DNA of 64,000 nucleotides from an uncultured Verrucomicrobiae bacterium (GCA_963834385.1 CAWIBO010000005.1:160001-224000); one strand, 5' to 3'; counted from the first letter of the stretch, positions 44,681 through 55,059 are shown. The notes: generated by a model not told the origin, from the sequence alone. Translations and numbers: made by a program.

Positions 44681-45010
44681 TCAGGCGCGCGGCGGCGGCA
44701 CCGGGGGTCGGTCAGGGCGACTCGAGATGATCTCTGCCAGCGGAGGGAAGGTCGTCCGGACGGGAATAAAGGAGAGGGCGGCATCGGAGGTGACCAGGGC
44801 AAGAATGAGCGCGGAACAGCCAGCCAGGCAGGTGGCGGCAGGTTCGTCGGGCGACGCGGGCGCATCGTCTCTCGGGCAATGGGGGGCGAGGTTGGTGGCG
44901 CAGCACGAGGAAGCCGGTTTATCCGCCAGGGGCAGCGGTTTGCCCACAGCCGGGCAAAGAAAAACCGCGCCGCAGACGAGCAGGGCAAAGAGGGAGATGC
45001 CGCGGACCAC
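44681..45010 (-). CDS. CutF/CruR (DUF2946)-like leader protein: signal peptide, Cys motifs, C-terminal poly-Pro
   Basis: GTG at 45010 lies 6 nt after a perfect TATAAT; SCC-x7-C, CLAGC and C-terminus RPDRPPVPPPRA. Confidence 0.68.
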   Translation of the reverse strand: MVRGISLFALLVCGAVFLCPAVGKPLPLADKPASSCCATNLAPHCPRDDAPASPDEPAATCLAGCSALILALVTSDAALSFIPVRTTFPPLAEIISSRPDRPPVPPPRA

Positions 45011-45016
45011 GGTGGC

Positions 45017-45022
45017 ATTATA
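45017..45022 (-). promoter_or_regulatory. -10 box TATAAT of a probable leaderless transcript
   Basis: Perfect TATAAT in GC-rich context, 6 nt upstream of the GTG; no good -35. Confidence 0.6.
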
Positions 45023-45192
45023 CGCGAGAGGAGCGGAGAGGGCGAGGCGAACATGCGGGGTTGGCCTATTCGGAGGGACGCGCTTTGGCGCGTCCAGGGC
45101 GGGGCCATAATCCGTCACGAAGATTCGCGGGCGGCAAAGCATGTTTTGCCCGCTTTCCATTGGAGTGAATCCTGTTCATTCTCCAGGCACAC

Positions 45193-46374
45193 ATGAAAAA
45201 TATTGTTGCCGGCATGGCGGCGCTCCTCGTGCTGACGGGAGCCGCTTCCGCGCGTGAACCGCAGACCTCACCGCCCGTAAAGGCCACGCGGGCGCGAGAC
45301 CTTGGCGTCCCCTTCGAGGGCACGCCGGGAAAATGGAACGCGATCACGGACGTGGACGGCGTCACCGTGGGATACACCACGCTGGTGGCGGGCGAAGGAA
45401 AGCTGGAGGTGGGCAAAGGGCCGGTCCGGACCGGCGTGACGGTGATCCTGCCGCGCGGACGGAAATCGCTGAACGACCCGGTGTATGCCGGCTCCTTCAG
45501 CCTGAACGGGAATGGCGAGATGACCGGCACCGCCTGGATGGAGGAGAGCGGTTTTCTGGAGGGGCCGATCGTCGTGACGAACACCCACAGTGTCGGGGTG
45601 GCGCGCGATGCCGTGGTGGCGTGGCGGGTGGCCCAGGCGGGCGCCGACAAGACGGGTTACTGGTGGAGCCTGCCCGTGGTGGCGGAGACATGGGACGGTT
45701 ATCTCAATGATGTGAACGGATTTCATGTCAGGGCCGAGCACGTTCAAAAAGCGCTCGAGTCAGCGGCCGGCGGTGCGATCGCCGAAGGCAGCGTGGGCGG
45801 TGGGACGGGCATGATCGCCTATGAGTTCAAGGGGGGCACCGGAACCGCCTCCCGGGTGGTGCCGGGGAAGAAGGGACCGTCTTATACGGTCGGGGTGCTG
45901 GTGCAGGCCAACTGCGGTCTTCGCCGCCAGTTGATGGTCGCCGGGGTGCCGGTCGGCCAGGAGATTCCGGAAAACGCGATTTTCAGCAAGGAAACAGGCT
46001 CGATCATCATTGTGATTGCGACGGATGCGCCGCTCCTCCCGCACCAATTGAAACGGCTGGCACGGCGAGCCACCCACGGCCTCGCGCGCACCGGGGCGAC
46101 CTCGGGCAACGGGTCGGGCGATATCTTCGTCGCGTTCTCTACGGCCAATCCGGGCGCGGCGGATCCCGAAGAGCCGGTGCGGACGGTCGGCACCATCCCG
46201 AACGATCGCATCGACCCGCTTTTCAATGCGGTGGTTCACGCCACCGAGGAGGCGATCATCAACGCGCTGGTGAACAATTCACCGATGACGGGGCGGGACG
46301 GCCACAAGGTGGACGCCCTGCCGCACGATCGCCTGCGGGAGCTGATGAAAAAATATCATCGCCTTCCGCAGTAA
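45193..46374 (+). CDS. DmpA-like aminopeptidase (peptidase P1/S58), secreted
   Basis: NAITDVDGVTVG, RTGVT, NGNGEMTG, ETWDGYLND, GGGTGM, G/S cleavage site TGSIII and GSGD. Confidence 0.93.
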   Translation: MKNIVAGMAALLVLTGAASAREPQTSPPVKATRARDLGVPFEGTPGKWNAITDVDGVTVGYTTLVAGEGKLEVGKGPVRTGVTVILPRGRKSLNDPVYAGSFSLNGNGEMTGTAWMEESGFLEGPIVVTNTHSVGVARDAVVAWRVAQAGADKTGYWWSLPVVAETWDGYLNDVNGFHVRAEHVQKALESAAGGAIAEGSVGGGTGMIAYEFKGGTGTASRVVPGKKGPSYTVGVLVQANCGLRRQLMVAGVPVGQEIPENAIFSKETGSIIIVIATDAPLLPHQLKRLARRATHGLARTGATSGNGSGDIFVAFSTANPGAADPEEPVRTVGTIPNDRIDPLFNAVVHATEEAIINALVNNSPMTGRDGHKVDALPHDRLRELMKKYHRLPQ

Positions 46375-46393
46375 CGGTGCCCATGCTCCGCCT

Positions 46394-46756
46394 GTGAGCG
46401 ACCCGGCAAAGGCCTCGGCGCGAGGCGGCTGGCCCACCAAATGGCGGGTTCTTTCCTACGTGGGCGCCTGGGTGGCCACCTTGTTCGCGTTGGACGCCCG
46501 GCTGCTTCCGCTGGCCTACATGTTTCCCATGGGGCTCTATGCCGCGGTCGTGCGCCCGGACAGCGGCAACGGGCCGGACACGGGATGGCCTCTGATCATT
46601 GGCGGTTGGCTCCTTTACCTGGTCCACGCCGTGATTTTTTTTCGGGCCCGCACGTCACGCAGCTTCTGGGTGGCCGCGGGCGTCCTGGTGCTGCTCCTGG
46701 TGGTCAATATCGGCGGGTGCCAGGTGATGCTGAAAGGCACCGGCTACGGCTGGTAA
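46394..46756 (+). CDS. Small membrane protein
   Basis: Three hydrophobic helices; follows the dmpA-like gene. Confidence 0.6.
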   Translation: MSDPAKASARGGWPTKWRVLSYVGAWVATLFALDARLLPLAYMFPMGLYAAVVRPDSGNGPDTGWPLIIGGWLLYLVHAVIFFRARTSRSFWVAAGVLVLLLVVNIGGCQVMLKGTGYGW

Positions 46757-46777
46757 CCGCGGCCGCCCCGCGGTGCG

Positions 46778-48104
46778 TCAACTTTTCTTGTCGCCGGCTT
46801 CAAGGGTGCCGGCCTTGATCAGAGTCATTTTTCCGGGCTGCAGATGCTTTTTGATGGCACCGTTGACCTCTTCGAGGGTGAGGGCGGCGACGCGTTCCGG
46901 ATATTGATCGATCCAGTTGACGTCGTAGCCGCGATGAATCGCCTCGAGCAGGGCATTGGCCAGGCCGTCGGTGGTGGCGAGCCCGACCTTGAAAGTCCCG
47001 GCAAGGGCGGTTTTCACGCGCTCGAGTTCGTCCTTCGTCACGCCTTCCTGATACCACTTGTCGAGCTCGCGCCGGGTTGAAGTCATGCCTTTCTCGAGCA
47101 GTTCCGGGGCGAAATTGGCCGTGATCTGCCAGTCGCCATCGGCGAGGGAATCACCGGAAAGACCGGCTCCAATACCGTAGGTGAGTCCCTCGCGGTCGCG
47201 CACGTTCGCCATCAGGCGCCCGGTAAAGCCGCGACCGAGGATGGCGGTGCCGACGCGGAGAGCGAGCGCATCGGGATCCTTGTAACGCAGGCCGCTGGCC
47301 TGGCCGAGCACGACCGAGACGTTGGGCTTGTCGGGCATGGCCACCACTTCCTCGCGCGCCTTCTCCGCGCCCGGCGCCTTGGGGACTTCCGGGCGGTTCT
47401 TTCCGCCCTGCCAGTCCTTGAAAGCCTCGGCCATCTCTTTCTTCAGGGTCTCAACTTCAAAATCGCCGACGACAACAAGGGTCGCCTGGGCCGGACCGTA
47501 GTGGCTGGCATGAAAAGACTTCACCTCTTCGAGCCGGGCGGTGTTGAGCGCGGCGATGAAGTCCTTCACCGAGGGCGTGTAATTCGGGTGGTTCTTCGGG
47601 AAGACAGCCTCGGCAAAGGCCTGGTTGGCGCGGAAATCGGTGTTCTCGAGAGCGCGCTGAAGACTGCCGGCAATCTGCTTCTTCAGTTTCTCGAACTCTT
47701 CCGCGGCAAAAGGCCGGGGAACGGAGTTGCTCGGCCAGCAGTTCAATGACGAGGGGAAGATCGCGGCGCAGACATTTTCCCTTGAACTCGACCATGACGC
47801 CGCCAACCGAGAAATCGATGGTGGCCCCGATTTGTTCGAGTTTCTGCGCGATGGCAAACTTGTCCTGTTTCGTCGTTCCTTGATCGAGCATCTCGCCCGT
47901 GAGGGTGGGAATGGCGATGTTGGAGGACGGCGCAAAACTGTCGCCGGCGGGGAGCGAACCGCGAAAGGTGACGACCTCTTCGACCTCCGTGGGATAGGCG
48001 ATCAGATCGATGCCGGCGACTTCGGTGCGCGAGATCTTGTCGGAAATGTTGACCGCCGCCTGGGTGGTGACGGCGAACGCGAGGAGGAGAAAAATCTGTT
48101 TCAT
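46778..48104 (-). CDS. M16B peptidase, non-catalytic subunit; frameshift near 47715
   Basis: Signal peptide; MLDQGT, ILGRGFTGRLMANVRDREGLTYG; no HxxEH. Confidence 0.88.
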
Positions 48105-48133
48105 GGTGGTGACAGGATGGAGCGGGGCTTGGC

Positions 48134-49555
48134 TCACGGAGCGGCGGAGGCGGATTGGGCGCCGCCGGGCTTTTGCGGGATGAACCACCCGACGGTGCGC
48201 TGGTCTTCGTCGAAATATTTTTGGGCCACCTGTTTGACCGCCTCCGGGGTGACCTTTTTGAGGGCCTCTTCCTCCCGGACGTAAAGAGTCCAGTCGCCCG
48301 CGGCGATGTATTCGTTGAGGGTGCTGGCGATGGCATAGGAACCGTCCCGGCCATAAGCGGCGGCGGCGAGGATCCGCGCCACGGCGGAATCAACCTCGGC
48401 CTTGGTGACGCCCTCCTTCTTCACGCGCTCCAGTTCTTCGATGATGATCTTCTCGACCTGTTCATGCGAAACGCCGGGTGCGAGGTTGCCATAGACGATG
48501 TGCAGGGAGGGATCGTGGAAAAAGCCGAGGTCGCCCCGGACGCTGGTGGTGAGATTCTTGTCGGTGAGCGCGCGATAGAAACGGCTGTTTTTGCCGTTGC
48601 TCAGGATGACGTCGAGCGTCTTCAGGGCCGCGATATCCTCATGGCGCGCCGCCGGGGTTTTGTGCGCCACGCCCACCACGCCCAGCTCGCCTGCGCGTTT
48701 CACCGTGACCCGACGCGGTCCGCGCTGTTCCGGTTCCTCGGTATAGACGGCCGGGATCGGCGCGGGCGACTTGGGAATGTTTCCGTAATGTTCCTTGATC
48801 AACGCGAGCGCCCGGGCCGGCTCGAAATCGCCGATGACCGAAACGGTGGCGTTGTCAGGCCAGTAGAACGTCTTGTAAAATTCCTGGAGTTTTTCGATCG
48901 GCACATTCTCGATGTCGCTCCGCCAGCCGATGGTCGAATGATGGTAGGGATGGGCCAGGTAGGCGGCGGCGAAGATTTCCTTTTCCAGGGCCTGCATCGG
49001 CTGGTTTTCGCCGATCTCAAATTCGTTCCGCACCACCGTCATCTCGGGTTTCCGGTCTTCGTCTTTCAACCAGAGGTTTTTCATCCGGTCGGCCTCGATC
49101 TCGACGTATTTCTCGAGATGCTCGCTCCCGATGTTGGCATAATAATTGGTCCGATCGAGCCAGGTGGTGGCGTTGTAGATGCCGCCGATTCGCTCCAGGA
49201 GCTGGTCGACGCTGGTGCCGTTCACCCGGTTGAACTTCGGCGTGCCCTTGAACATGAGATGCTCGAGGAGGTGGGTCGCGCCGGTTGTGCCGGTGACCTC
49301 GTTCCGGGAGCCGACCCGGTAGGTGACCATGAAGGTGACCGTCGGGGTGGAATGTTCCGGCTTGAGCAGGACCTGGAGATTGTTGCTCTCCAGGCGGTAC
49401 TCCGAAATCTCCCCCACGGTTTTGACGTGGGCAAAGCCGGCAGCCTTGACGGGTGCGGCCGCGGGCGCAGCCGCCGGGGAAGGCGATGGAGCCGGGCTGG
49501 GGTCAGCCGCCAGGGCGGCCAGGGGGAGGAAGAGGGGAAGGAGACGCAGTTTCAT
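48134..49555 (-). CDS. M16B zinc peptidase, catalytic subunit
   Basis: Signal peptide; GATHLLEHLMFKGT, NATTWLDRTNY and VVRNE. Confidence 0.94.
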   Translation of the reverse strand: MKLRLLPLFLPLAALAADPSPAPSPSPAAAPAAAPVKAAGFAHVKTVGEISEYRLESNNLQVLLKPEHSTPTVTFMVTYRVGSRNEVTGTTGATHLLEHLMFKGTPKFNRVNGTSVDQLLERIGGIYNATTWLDRTNYYANIGSEHLEKYVEIEADRMKNLWLKDEDRKPEMTVVRNEFEIGENQPMQALEKEIFAAAYLAHPYHHSTIGWRSDIENVPIEKLQEFYKTFYWPDNATVSVIGDFEPARALALIKEHYGNIPKSPAPIPAVYTEEPEQRGPRRVTVKRAGELGVVGVAHKTPAARHEDIAALKTLDVILSNGKNSRFYRALTDKNLTTSVRGDLGFFHDPSLHIVYGNLAPGVSHEQVEKIIIEELERVKKEGVTKAEVDSAVARILAAAAYGRDGSYAIASTLNEYIAAGDWTLYVREEEALKKVTPEAVKQVAQKYFDEDQRTVGWFIPQKPGGAQSASAAP

Positions 49556-49659
49556 GACGTGAAGCAGATAGACTGCCAGAAGACGCGCTTGGTTCAACGG
49601 CATTTCCGGGCTTATGAAGAACCCTTCCTGCCGCCGGCCAATGGCTTTGCCCCGATCGG

Positions 49660-52600
49660 TCAGTTGCTGGCGGCGAGGGCCGGCTCTTCCTCGAGGGAAA
49701 GATTGCGCTGCGCCCCGACTTTTGGGGTTTCCCCGGCGGCCTGCGCATTCGGGGCCGGCGCCATCTTCATCCCGACAAGCCGGCTGACTCCGCGTTCCTC
49801 CATGGTGACGCCATAGAGAACGTCCGCCTTGGCAATGGTGCGCTTGTTGTGCGTGATGATGATGAACTGGCTCTGGTCGACGAAGCGATCGAGCATCTTG
49901 ATGAAGCGATTGATGTTCGATTCATCCAGGGGAGCATCCATCTCATCGAGGATGCAAAACGGGCTCGGCCGCACCATGTAGATGGCGAAGAGGAGGGCCA
50001 CCGCGGTCATGGTCCGTTCGCCGCCGGAAAGCAGGGAAACGCTCTGGAGCTGTTTCCCCGGCGGTTTGGCGATAATGTCGATGCCGCACTCGAGCGGATC
50101 GTTCTCGTCCATTAACCGCAGATCCGCTTTGCCGCCGCCAAAGAGCTCGGCAAACATCTCACGGAAATTGATCCGGACCTGCGCAAAGGTGTCGGCAAAG
50201 AGTTTCTGGGTGGTCTCGTTGATCCGGGCGATGACGTCGAGCAGCTCGGCGCGCGCCTTGACGAGGTCGCTGTTCTGGTTCTCGAGAAACCGGAAACGCT
50301 CCTCCAGTTCGTCGTATTCCTGGACCGCGTCCAGGTTCACCGGCCCCATCTGGTCAAGCTGACGGGTCAGTTCGGCAATCAAACGCTCGAGATCGGCCTC
50401 GGGCACCGCGGGGGCGTCGGACTGACCGGCTGGCGACGCGTCGTCGTCGGCAGACATCGCGGCCGGCTCACCTTCCGCCGTCACCATCTCAGTCCGGCCG
50501 CGGCGGGTCGTCTGGGCCCGGAGCGTTTTCTGGAAGGCATATTGATCGGGGGCAAATTCGCGAAGATCGACCTGGTAACGCCGGGCGACATGCTCGGCGA
50601 GATGGTCCAACCGCAACTGCAGCTGCGTCTGGCGCACCTCGTGTCGCCCGCGTTCATCGCGCAGCTCGCTGATGACATCGCGTGCGGAGCGCAGTGCAGC
50701 CTCGATCCGGGTGGCTTCGGCCAGCTTCTCCGCCCGGGCGGCTGCCAGTTTTTCCAGCGTTTGCTCCAGTGCACCGAGGTCCGCGGTCAGGCGGGCGATG
50801 GCTTTCTCCGCCTCGGCCGACTCCGCCGCCTGGGTTTCCAGCCGCCGCGAGCCGTTCTCGATGTCGGCTCGCCGACCGCTGATGATTTCCTCCAGCTCGC
50901 GCGCGCGCGCCGTCATCGGTTCGCGCTGCTGCACCAGGCTTTCGTGCCGCTGGCGTTCCGTGGCCACAAGAAGGCGAAGCTCGGTCAATTGCGCGGCCAC
51001 CTCTGTTTCCGCCGCTTCCGCTTCGGCACAGGCGGTGGTCAGCTCGCGCACCCGGTCCTGCCGGGTGGTCAGCTCTTCCCGGGAGCGCTGGATGTCGCCC
51101 TCAAGATCCTCGAGGCGCCGGTCGGCCGCGGCGATCTGGCTTTGCAGGGTGGTCCGCTCGCTCTCGAGCGTTCGCAGGCGGCTCTCCGCCTCGTGGTAAT
51201 CGCGCTCGAGCAGCATGAGCTCCTTCTCCGAGGTGGCGTTCCGGGCGTGCGCCGATTGCTGGCGTTGCCGGACTTCCTCCACCAGGGCCACGGCGGTGGC
51301 CATGGCGGTGCGCGCCATTTCGCGCGCGGAAAGCATGGCGGCGCGTCGCTGCTCCAGTTCCTCCAGTTCCGCCGCCAGCGCGGTGACCATGGCCCGGCGT
51401 GAGAGGATGGAATCGCTCTGCGCGGTGGCTTTTCCGCCGAAAAGGAGACCGGACGCGGAGAGAAATTCCCCCTCGAGGGTGGCCAGGGCGAGACCGGGAT
51501 GCAGAGCGCGCAGATCGAGCGCCGCTCTGAGGTCGTTCACGAGGACGACATCGCGCAGGAGAACCTGCACCAGCCCCCGAAGTTTCTCCGGCGCGCCAAC
51601 CTTGTCCGCGGCCCAGCCGAGGGTGCCGGCGGGGAGGGAACGATCACTCGGCTGCGGAATCTCGGCGGCGAAGGAAGGCAGGGCGAGCACCGCCTGCCCG
51701 AGGTCGCGGCTCTTGAGAGAGTGAAAAATTTCATCCGCGCGGGCGGGGTCGTCGAGGACAACGGCGTGCAGGCTGCGCCCGAGCGCCGCTTCGATGGCGG
51801 CGACAAAGCGGTTTTCCACATCGAGATGCGAGACGAGCGCGCCGGCAAGGGCGGCGCGGATATGGTCAGGCTGATCGCTCGCCTGCAGCAGCGCCTGCGA
51901 GCCGGCGGCCAGTCCTTCGCCCTGCTCGTTCAACTGCTGGAGAATCTCGAGCCGTGATCTCTTCTCCGTCACCAGTCGTTCGACTGCGTGCAGTTCCTCC
52001 TCCGCCTCCCCGGTCCGGCCCTGGTGAGCCACGGACTCGCGTTCCGCCACCTGGAGCTGGGCGATCAGACCTTCGAGGGTGTGGCGTCCGCTCTCCATCG
52101 AGCTTCGGCCGGCGGCGAGTTGCCCCCGCTTTTCCTCCAGCGACTTCGAAGCCTCCTCGGCTGCCGACGAAAGTTCGGTGATGCGGGCCGCCGTGGCTTC
52201 ACGACGCGCGGCGGTGCCCTGTACCTCAGCGAGGAGGTTTTCGACGCGGGCTTCAAGACGGGAAAGACCCACCTGCAAGTCATGCAGCTCGGTTTCGTTC
52301 GCAGCCCGTTCCTCCCGCGCCGCCGCGAGGCGATTCTCGAATCCGGTGGCGTCATTCTCCTGCGTCAGGAGGAGAGCGGCGATTTTCTCAATCTGGTCGG
52401 AGGCAGCCTGGATCTCGGCCGCCTGCTGCTCTTTCTTGGCCTCGGCCGCGTCGATCTCCGCCTGGTAACGCTGCATCAACCCGCGCAGTTCTTCGCCGCG
52501 CTGCTGGTTGAACTCGATCCGGCTCCGGTTGCTGTGCAGATCGTTCTGCAGCAACTGCTGTTCGCCGCGCGCCTCGTTGATCTGGCCCTCGATCCCGGCC

Positions 52601-53427
52601 AGCTCCTCTCGTTCACGCGTCGCTTTCGCCTCGCTTTCGCGGATGGCGTCCTGCGCTTTTTCCTCCCGGGCCGAGAGCGATGCGGCCTGGGCGCGCGATT
52701 CCTCCGCCTCCGCGGAGAGACGGTCGAATTCGCGGCGGGAATGGTGGGTGTCGAGCACGCGCAGGTCGGTCAGGATCGCCTGGTAACGGCGGGCCTTGCC
52801 GGCCTGCCGCTGGAGGGAACCGATCTGGCGTTTCACCTCCTTGATGACGTCGCCGATGCGAAGAAGGTTCGCCTCCGTGGCCTCAAGCTTGCGCAAGGCT
52901 TCGCGCTTCTGCGTCTTGTATTTCGTGATCCCGGCGGCCTCCTCGAAAACCGCGCGCCGGTCTTCCGGACGCGAACTCAGAATCTGGTCGATCTTCCCCT
53001 GCTCCATGATGGAGTAGGCGCTGCGGCCGACGCCGGTGTCGGCGAAAAGCCCGTGGATGTCCTTGAGGCGGCAGACGTTCTTGTTCAGGAGATACTCGGA
53101 ATTGCCGTCGCGGTAGACGCGGCGGGTCACGCGCACATCATGCCAGTCAACGCCCAGTTCCTGGTCGCACTCGGTGAAGGTGAGGGAGACTTCGGCAAAC
53201 CCGAGGGGCTTGCGCGACTCGGTGCCGCTGAAAATGACGTCGGCCATTTCGCCGCCGCGGAGGGCCTTGGCCGACTGCTCGCCGAGGACCCAGCGCACGG
53301 CATCGAGCACGTTCGACTTGCCGCAGCCGTTGGGGCCGACGATGGCGGTGACGCCCTCGTGGAAATTGAAGGTGGTTTTGTCGGCAAACGACTTGAAGCC
53401 GACCAGCTCGAGCGATTGTAAATGCAT
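49660..53427 (-). CDS. smc: Chromosome segregation protein SMC
   Basis: GFKSFAD, GPNGCGKSN, long coiled coils, hinge, LSGGE and LDEMDAPLD. Confidence 0.97.
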   Translation of the reverse strand: MHLQSLELVGFKSFADKTTFNFHEGVTAIVGPNGCGKSNVLDAVRWVLGEQSAKALRGGEMADVIFSGTESRKPLGFAEVSLTFTECDQELGVDWHDVRVTRRVYRDGNSEYLLNKNVCRLKDIHGLFADTGVGRSAYSIMEQGKIDQILSSRPEDRRAVFEEAAGITKYKTQKREALRKLEATEANLLRIGDVIKEVKRQIGSLQRQAGKARRYQAILTDLRVLDTHHSRREFDRLSAEAEESRAQAASLSAREEKAQDAIRESEAKATREREELAGIEGQINEARGEQQLLQNDLHSNRSRIEFNQQRGEELRGLMQRYQAEIDAAEAKKEQQAAEIQAASDQIEKIAALLLTQENDATGFENRLAAAREERAANETELHDLQVGLSRLEARVENLLAEVQGTAARREATAARITELSSAAEEASKSLEEKRGQLAAGRSSMESGRHTLEGLIAQLQVAERESVAHQGRTGEAEEELHAVERLVTEKRSRLEILQQLNEQGEGLAAGSQALLQASDQPDHIRAALAGALVSHLDVENRFVAAIEAALGRSLHAVVLDDPARADEIFHSLKSRDLGQAVLALPSFAAEIPQPSDRSLPAGTLGWAADKVGAPEKLRGLVQVLLRDVVLVNDLRAALDLRALHPGLALATLEGEFLSASGLLFGGKATAQSDSILSRRAMVTALAAELEELEQRRAAMLSAREMARTAMATAVALVEEVRQRQQSAHARNATSEKELMLLERDYHEAESRLRTLESERTTLQSQIAAADRRLEDLEGDIQRSREELTTRQDRVRELTTACAEAEAAETEVAAQLTELRLLVATERQRHESLVQQREPMTARARELEEIISGRRADIENGSRRLETQAAESAEAEKAIARLTADLGALEQTLEKLAAARAEKLAEATRIEAALRSARDVISELRDERGRHEVRQTQLQLRLDHLAEHVARRYQVDLREFAPDQYAFQKTLRAQTTRRGRTEMVTAEGEPAAMSADDDASPAGQSDAPAVPEADLERLIAELTRQLDQMGPVNLDAVQEYDELEERFRFLENQNSDLVKARAELLDVIARINETTQKLFADTFAQVRINFREMFAELFGGGKADLRLMDENDPLECGIDIIAKPPGKQLQSVSLLSGGERTMTAVALLFAIYMVRPSPFCILDEMDAPLDESNINRFIKMLDRFVDQSQFIIITHNKRTIAKADVLYGVTMEERGVSRLVGMKMAPAPNAQAAGETPKVGAQRNLSLEEEPALAASN

Positions 53428-53458
53428 GCGGGTTAGGGGCGGTGCGCCTGGTGAACCG

Positions 53459-53487
53459 TGCTTAGCGCAACCGGCGGGGGCTGACAA
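53459..53487 (-). promoter_or_regulatory. Possible sigma70 promoter of smc
   Basis: TTGTCA-17 bp-TAAGCA. Confidence 0.4.
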
Positions 53488-53527
53488 GACTTTTCCTACA
53501 CCTTAAAGCGTAGGGGAGGGGGACCCT

Positions 53528-53543
53528 CCACAAGATGTGGTGC
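53528..53543. promoter_or_regulatory. NrdR-box-like site upstream of smc
   Basis: ccaCaAgATgTgGtgc compared with the consensus acaCwAtATaTwGtgt. Confidence 0.5.
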
Positions 53544-53548
53544 GCGGG

Positions 53549-54862
53549 TCAGGCCCCTGATTTAACAAGCGTCTGGCGGATAAAATACAGGAGAGTGGCC
53601 CCAAGGAGGACGAGCCCGGTGATAAGGAACTCGCCCCGGGTGGCGTGCGCCATGATCCAGATGATCACCCCGACAGCCAGGAGCGGGATGTAGTTCCCCC
53701 CGGGCACATGGAACGGTGTCCCGTCCGCGCTCTGCACGTTGCGCCGTTTCAGGACGACGGCGGCGAGACAGCACAGTACATATAGAAGCAGGACCGCCAT
53801 GTTCGAGAGTACCGCCAGCTTTTGGAAGGTGGAGCTGTAGGAAAGGGCGCAGGCCATCGTGGCATACACGATCAACGCGACGTGCGGGGTGTGGAATCGG
53901 GGGTGGACCCGGGCAAAAACGCCCGGCAGGAATCGGTCGCGGCCCAGCGCAAAGAGAATGCGGGGCGAACTCAGGATATCAGAGGCGAGCCAGCCGCCGG
54001 CGGAAACCGTCAGGCCCACCAGCATCAGGATCTTGCCAAACCCTCCGAGGAACTGGCCGGCCGCCTCGGCCAGCGCGCCTTCCCCAGCCTGGGCCAGGCC
54101 GTCGCCGAGCGTTCCCTGCGCGACCAGCTGGATGGCGAGATAGATCACGGTGGTGAAAGCAAGAGCGGTGAAAATGGCGCGCGGCACCGTGCGCGACGGG
54201 TTCTTGACTTCGCCGCTCGGCATCAGCGCGATCTCGATTCCGACAAAGGCGAAGAGCAGTTGCAGGACGCTGCGGCCCAGGGTGTCGCCCGAGGGCCACT
54301 CCGGCCAGGCGAGGTTTGAAGGTTGGAGGAAGAAGAGGCCGACCAGGATGAAGAGGCCGATCGGCACCAGCTTGAGCACGGTCACGGTTTCAACCGCCCG
54401 GGTGCCGACGCGAACCCCGCGGATGTTGATGGACACCAGGAGCCCGAGGATGAGGACAATCAGGCCAAAGCGGCCGGCCGGCCCGGAAAGCACCGGGATC
54501 AGACCGCCAATGGAGGCGGCGACAAGGCTGACAATGCCGGAAATGGCGAGGATGGCGGTGATGAAATAAAGGACGCCGGCGAGGAATCCGAAATAGCTGC
54601 CGAAAGCGACCTCGACGTAGGCGTAAAGGCCCCCGGTGAGCGAGACGCGGCTGCCGGCCATGGCGAAGGAGCTGACGAAAAGAAACATGGCGGCGGCGCA
54701 GATGAGGTAGGCGAGGGGAGCTGCCGCGCCGATCTGCGCGGCCACCACGGCAGGGAGAGCAAAAATGCCGGCGCCGATGGTGGCGTTGACGATGTTGGCG
54801 GTGAGACCGGGATAACCGATCGCGCGCACGAGGCCCTCGCGCGGGCCGTTCTCGGAGGGCAT
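53549..54862 (-). CDS. APC-family amino acid permease
   Basis: IGAGIFALP, GGLYAYV, FAFVGIE, EVKNPSRTVPRAI and PRILFALGRD. Confidence 0.93.
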   Translation of the reverse strand: MPSENGPREGLVRAIGYPGLTANIVNATIGAGIFALPAVVAAQIGAAAPLAYLICAAAMFLFVSSFAMAGSRVSLTGGLYAYVEVAFGSYFGFLAGVLYFITAILAISGIVSLVAASIGGLIPVLSGPAGRFGLIVLILGLLVSINIRGVRVGTRAVETVTVLKLVPIGLFILVGLFFLQPSNLAWPEWPSGDTLGRSVLQLLFAFVGIEIALMPSGEVKNPSRTVPRAIFTALAFTTVIYLAIQLVAQGTLGDGLAQAGEGALAEAAGQFLGGFGKILMLVGLTVSAGGWLASDILSSPRILFALGRDRFLPGVFARVHPRFHTPHVALIVYATMACALSYSSTFQKLAVLSNMAVLLLYVLCCLAAVVLKRRNVQSADGTPFHVPGGNYIPLLAVGVIIWIMAHATRGEFLITGLVLLGATLLYFIRQTLVKSGA

Positions 54863-55059
54863 GGCGGAGGTTGCTCCGCCCCGGTGCCGGCGACAAGCTT
54901 TTCCGCCATTTTTCCGGCTTCTCCGGAGCTCCGGAGAGCAGCGGAACATGCCGCCAAAAACGGCGGCGGGAGCACGGCAACGAGCGCCGGTTTTTCCGAG
55001 GGGAATTGTCCTTCGCGCCGTTCCGGCCGCGCCCTGGAGAAAAGCGCGTGAAAATTTTG

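Noticed and set aside
48597..48610. TTGCTCAGGATGAC match to the 31-bp repeat inside the M16 gene
   Set aside because: It is a short match encoding ordinary conserved residues (VILSN) with no insertion, and is probably chance.
49660..53427. SMC as a Wadjet/MksBEF-type defence component
   Set aside because: It is a canonical hinge-containing housekeeping SMC with no jet or mks partner genes adjacent.
54920..54937. Perfect 18-bp palindrome TCTCCGGAGCTCCGGAGA
   Set aside because: It is real but single-copy and GC-rich. I cannot tell an operator from a repeat remnant, so no function is supportable.
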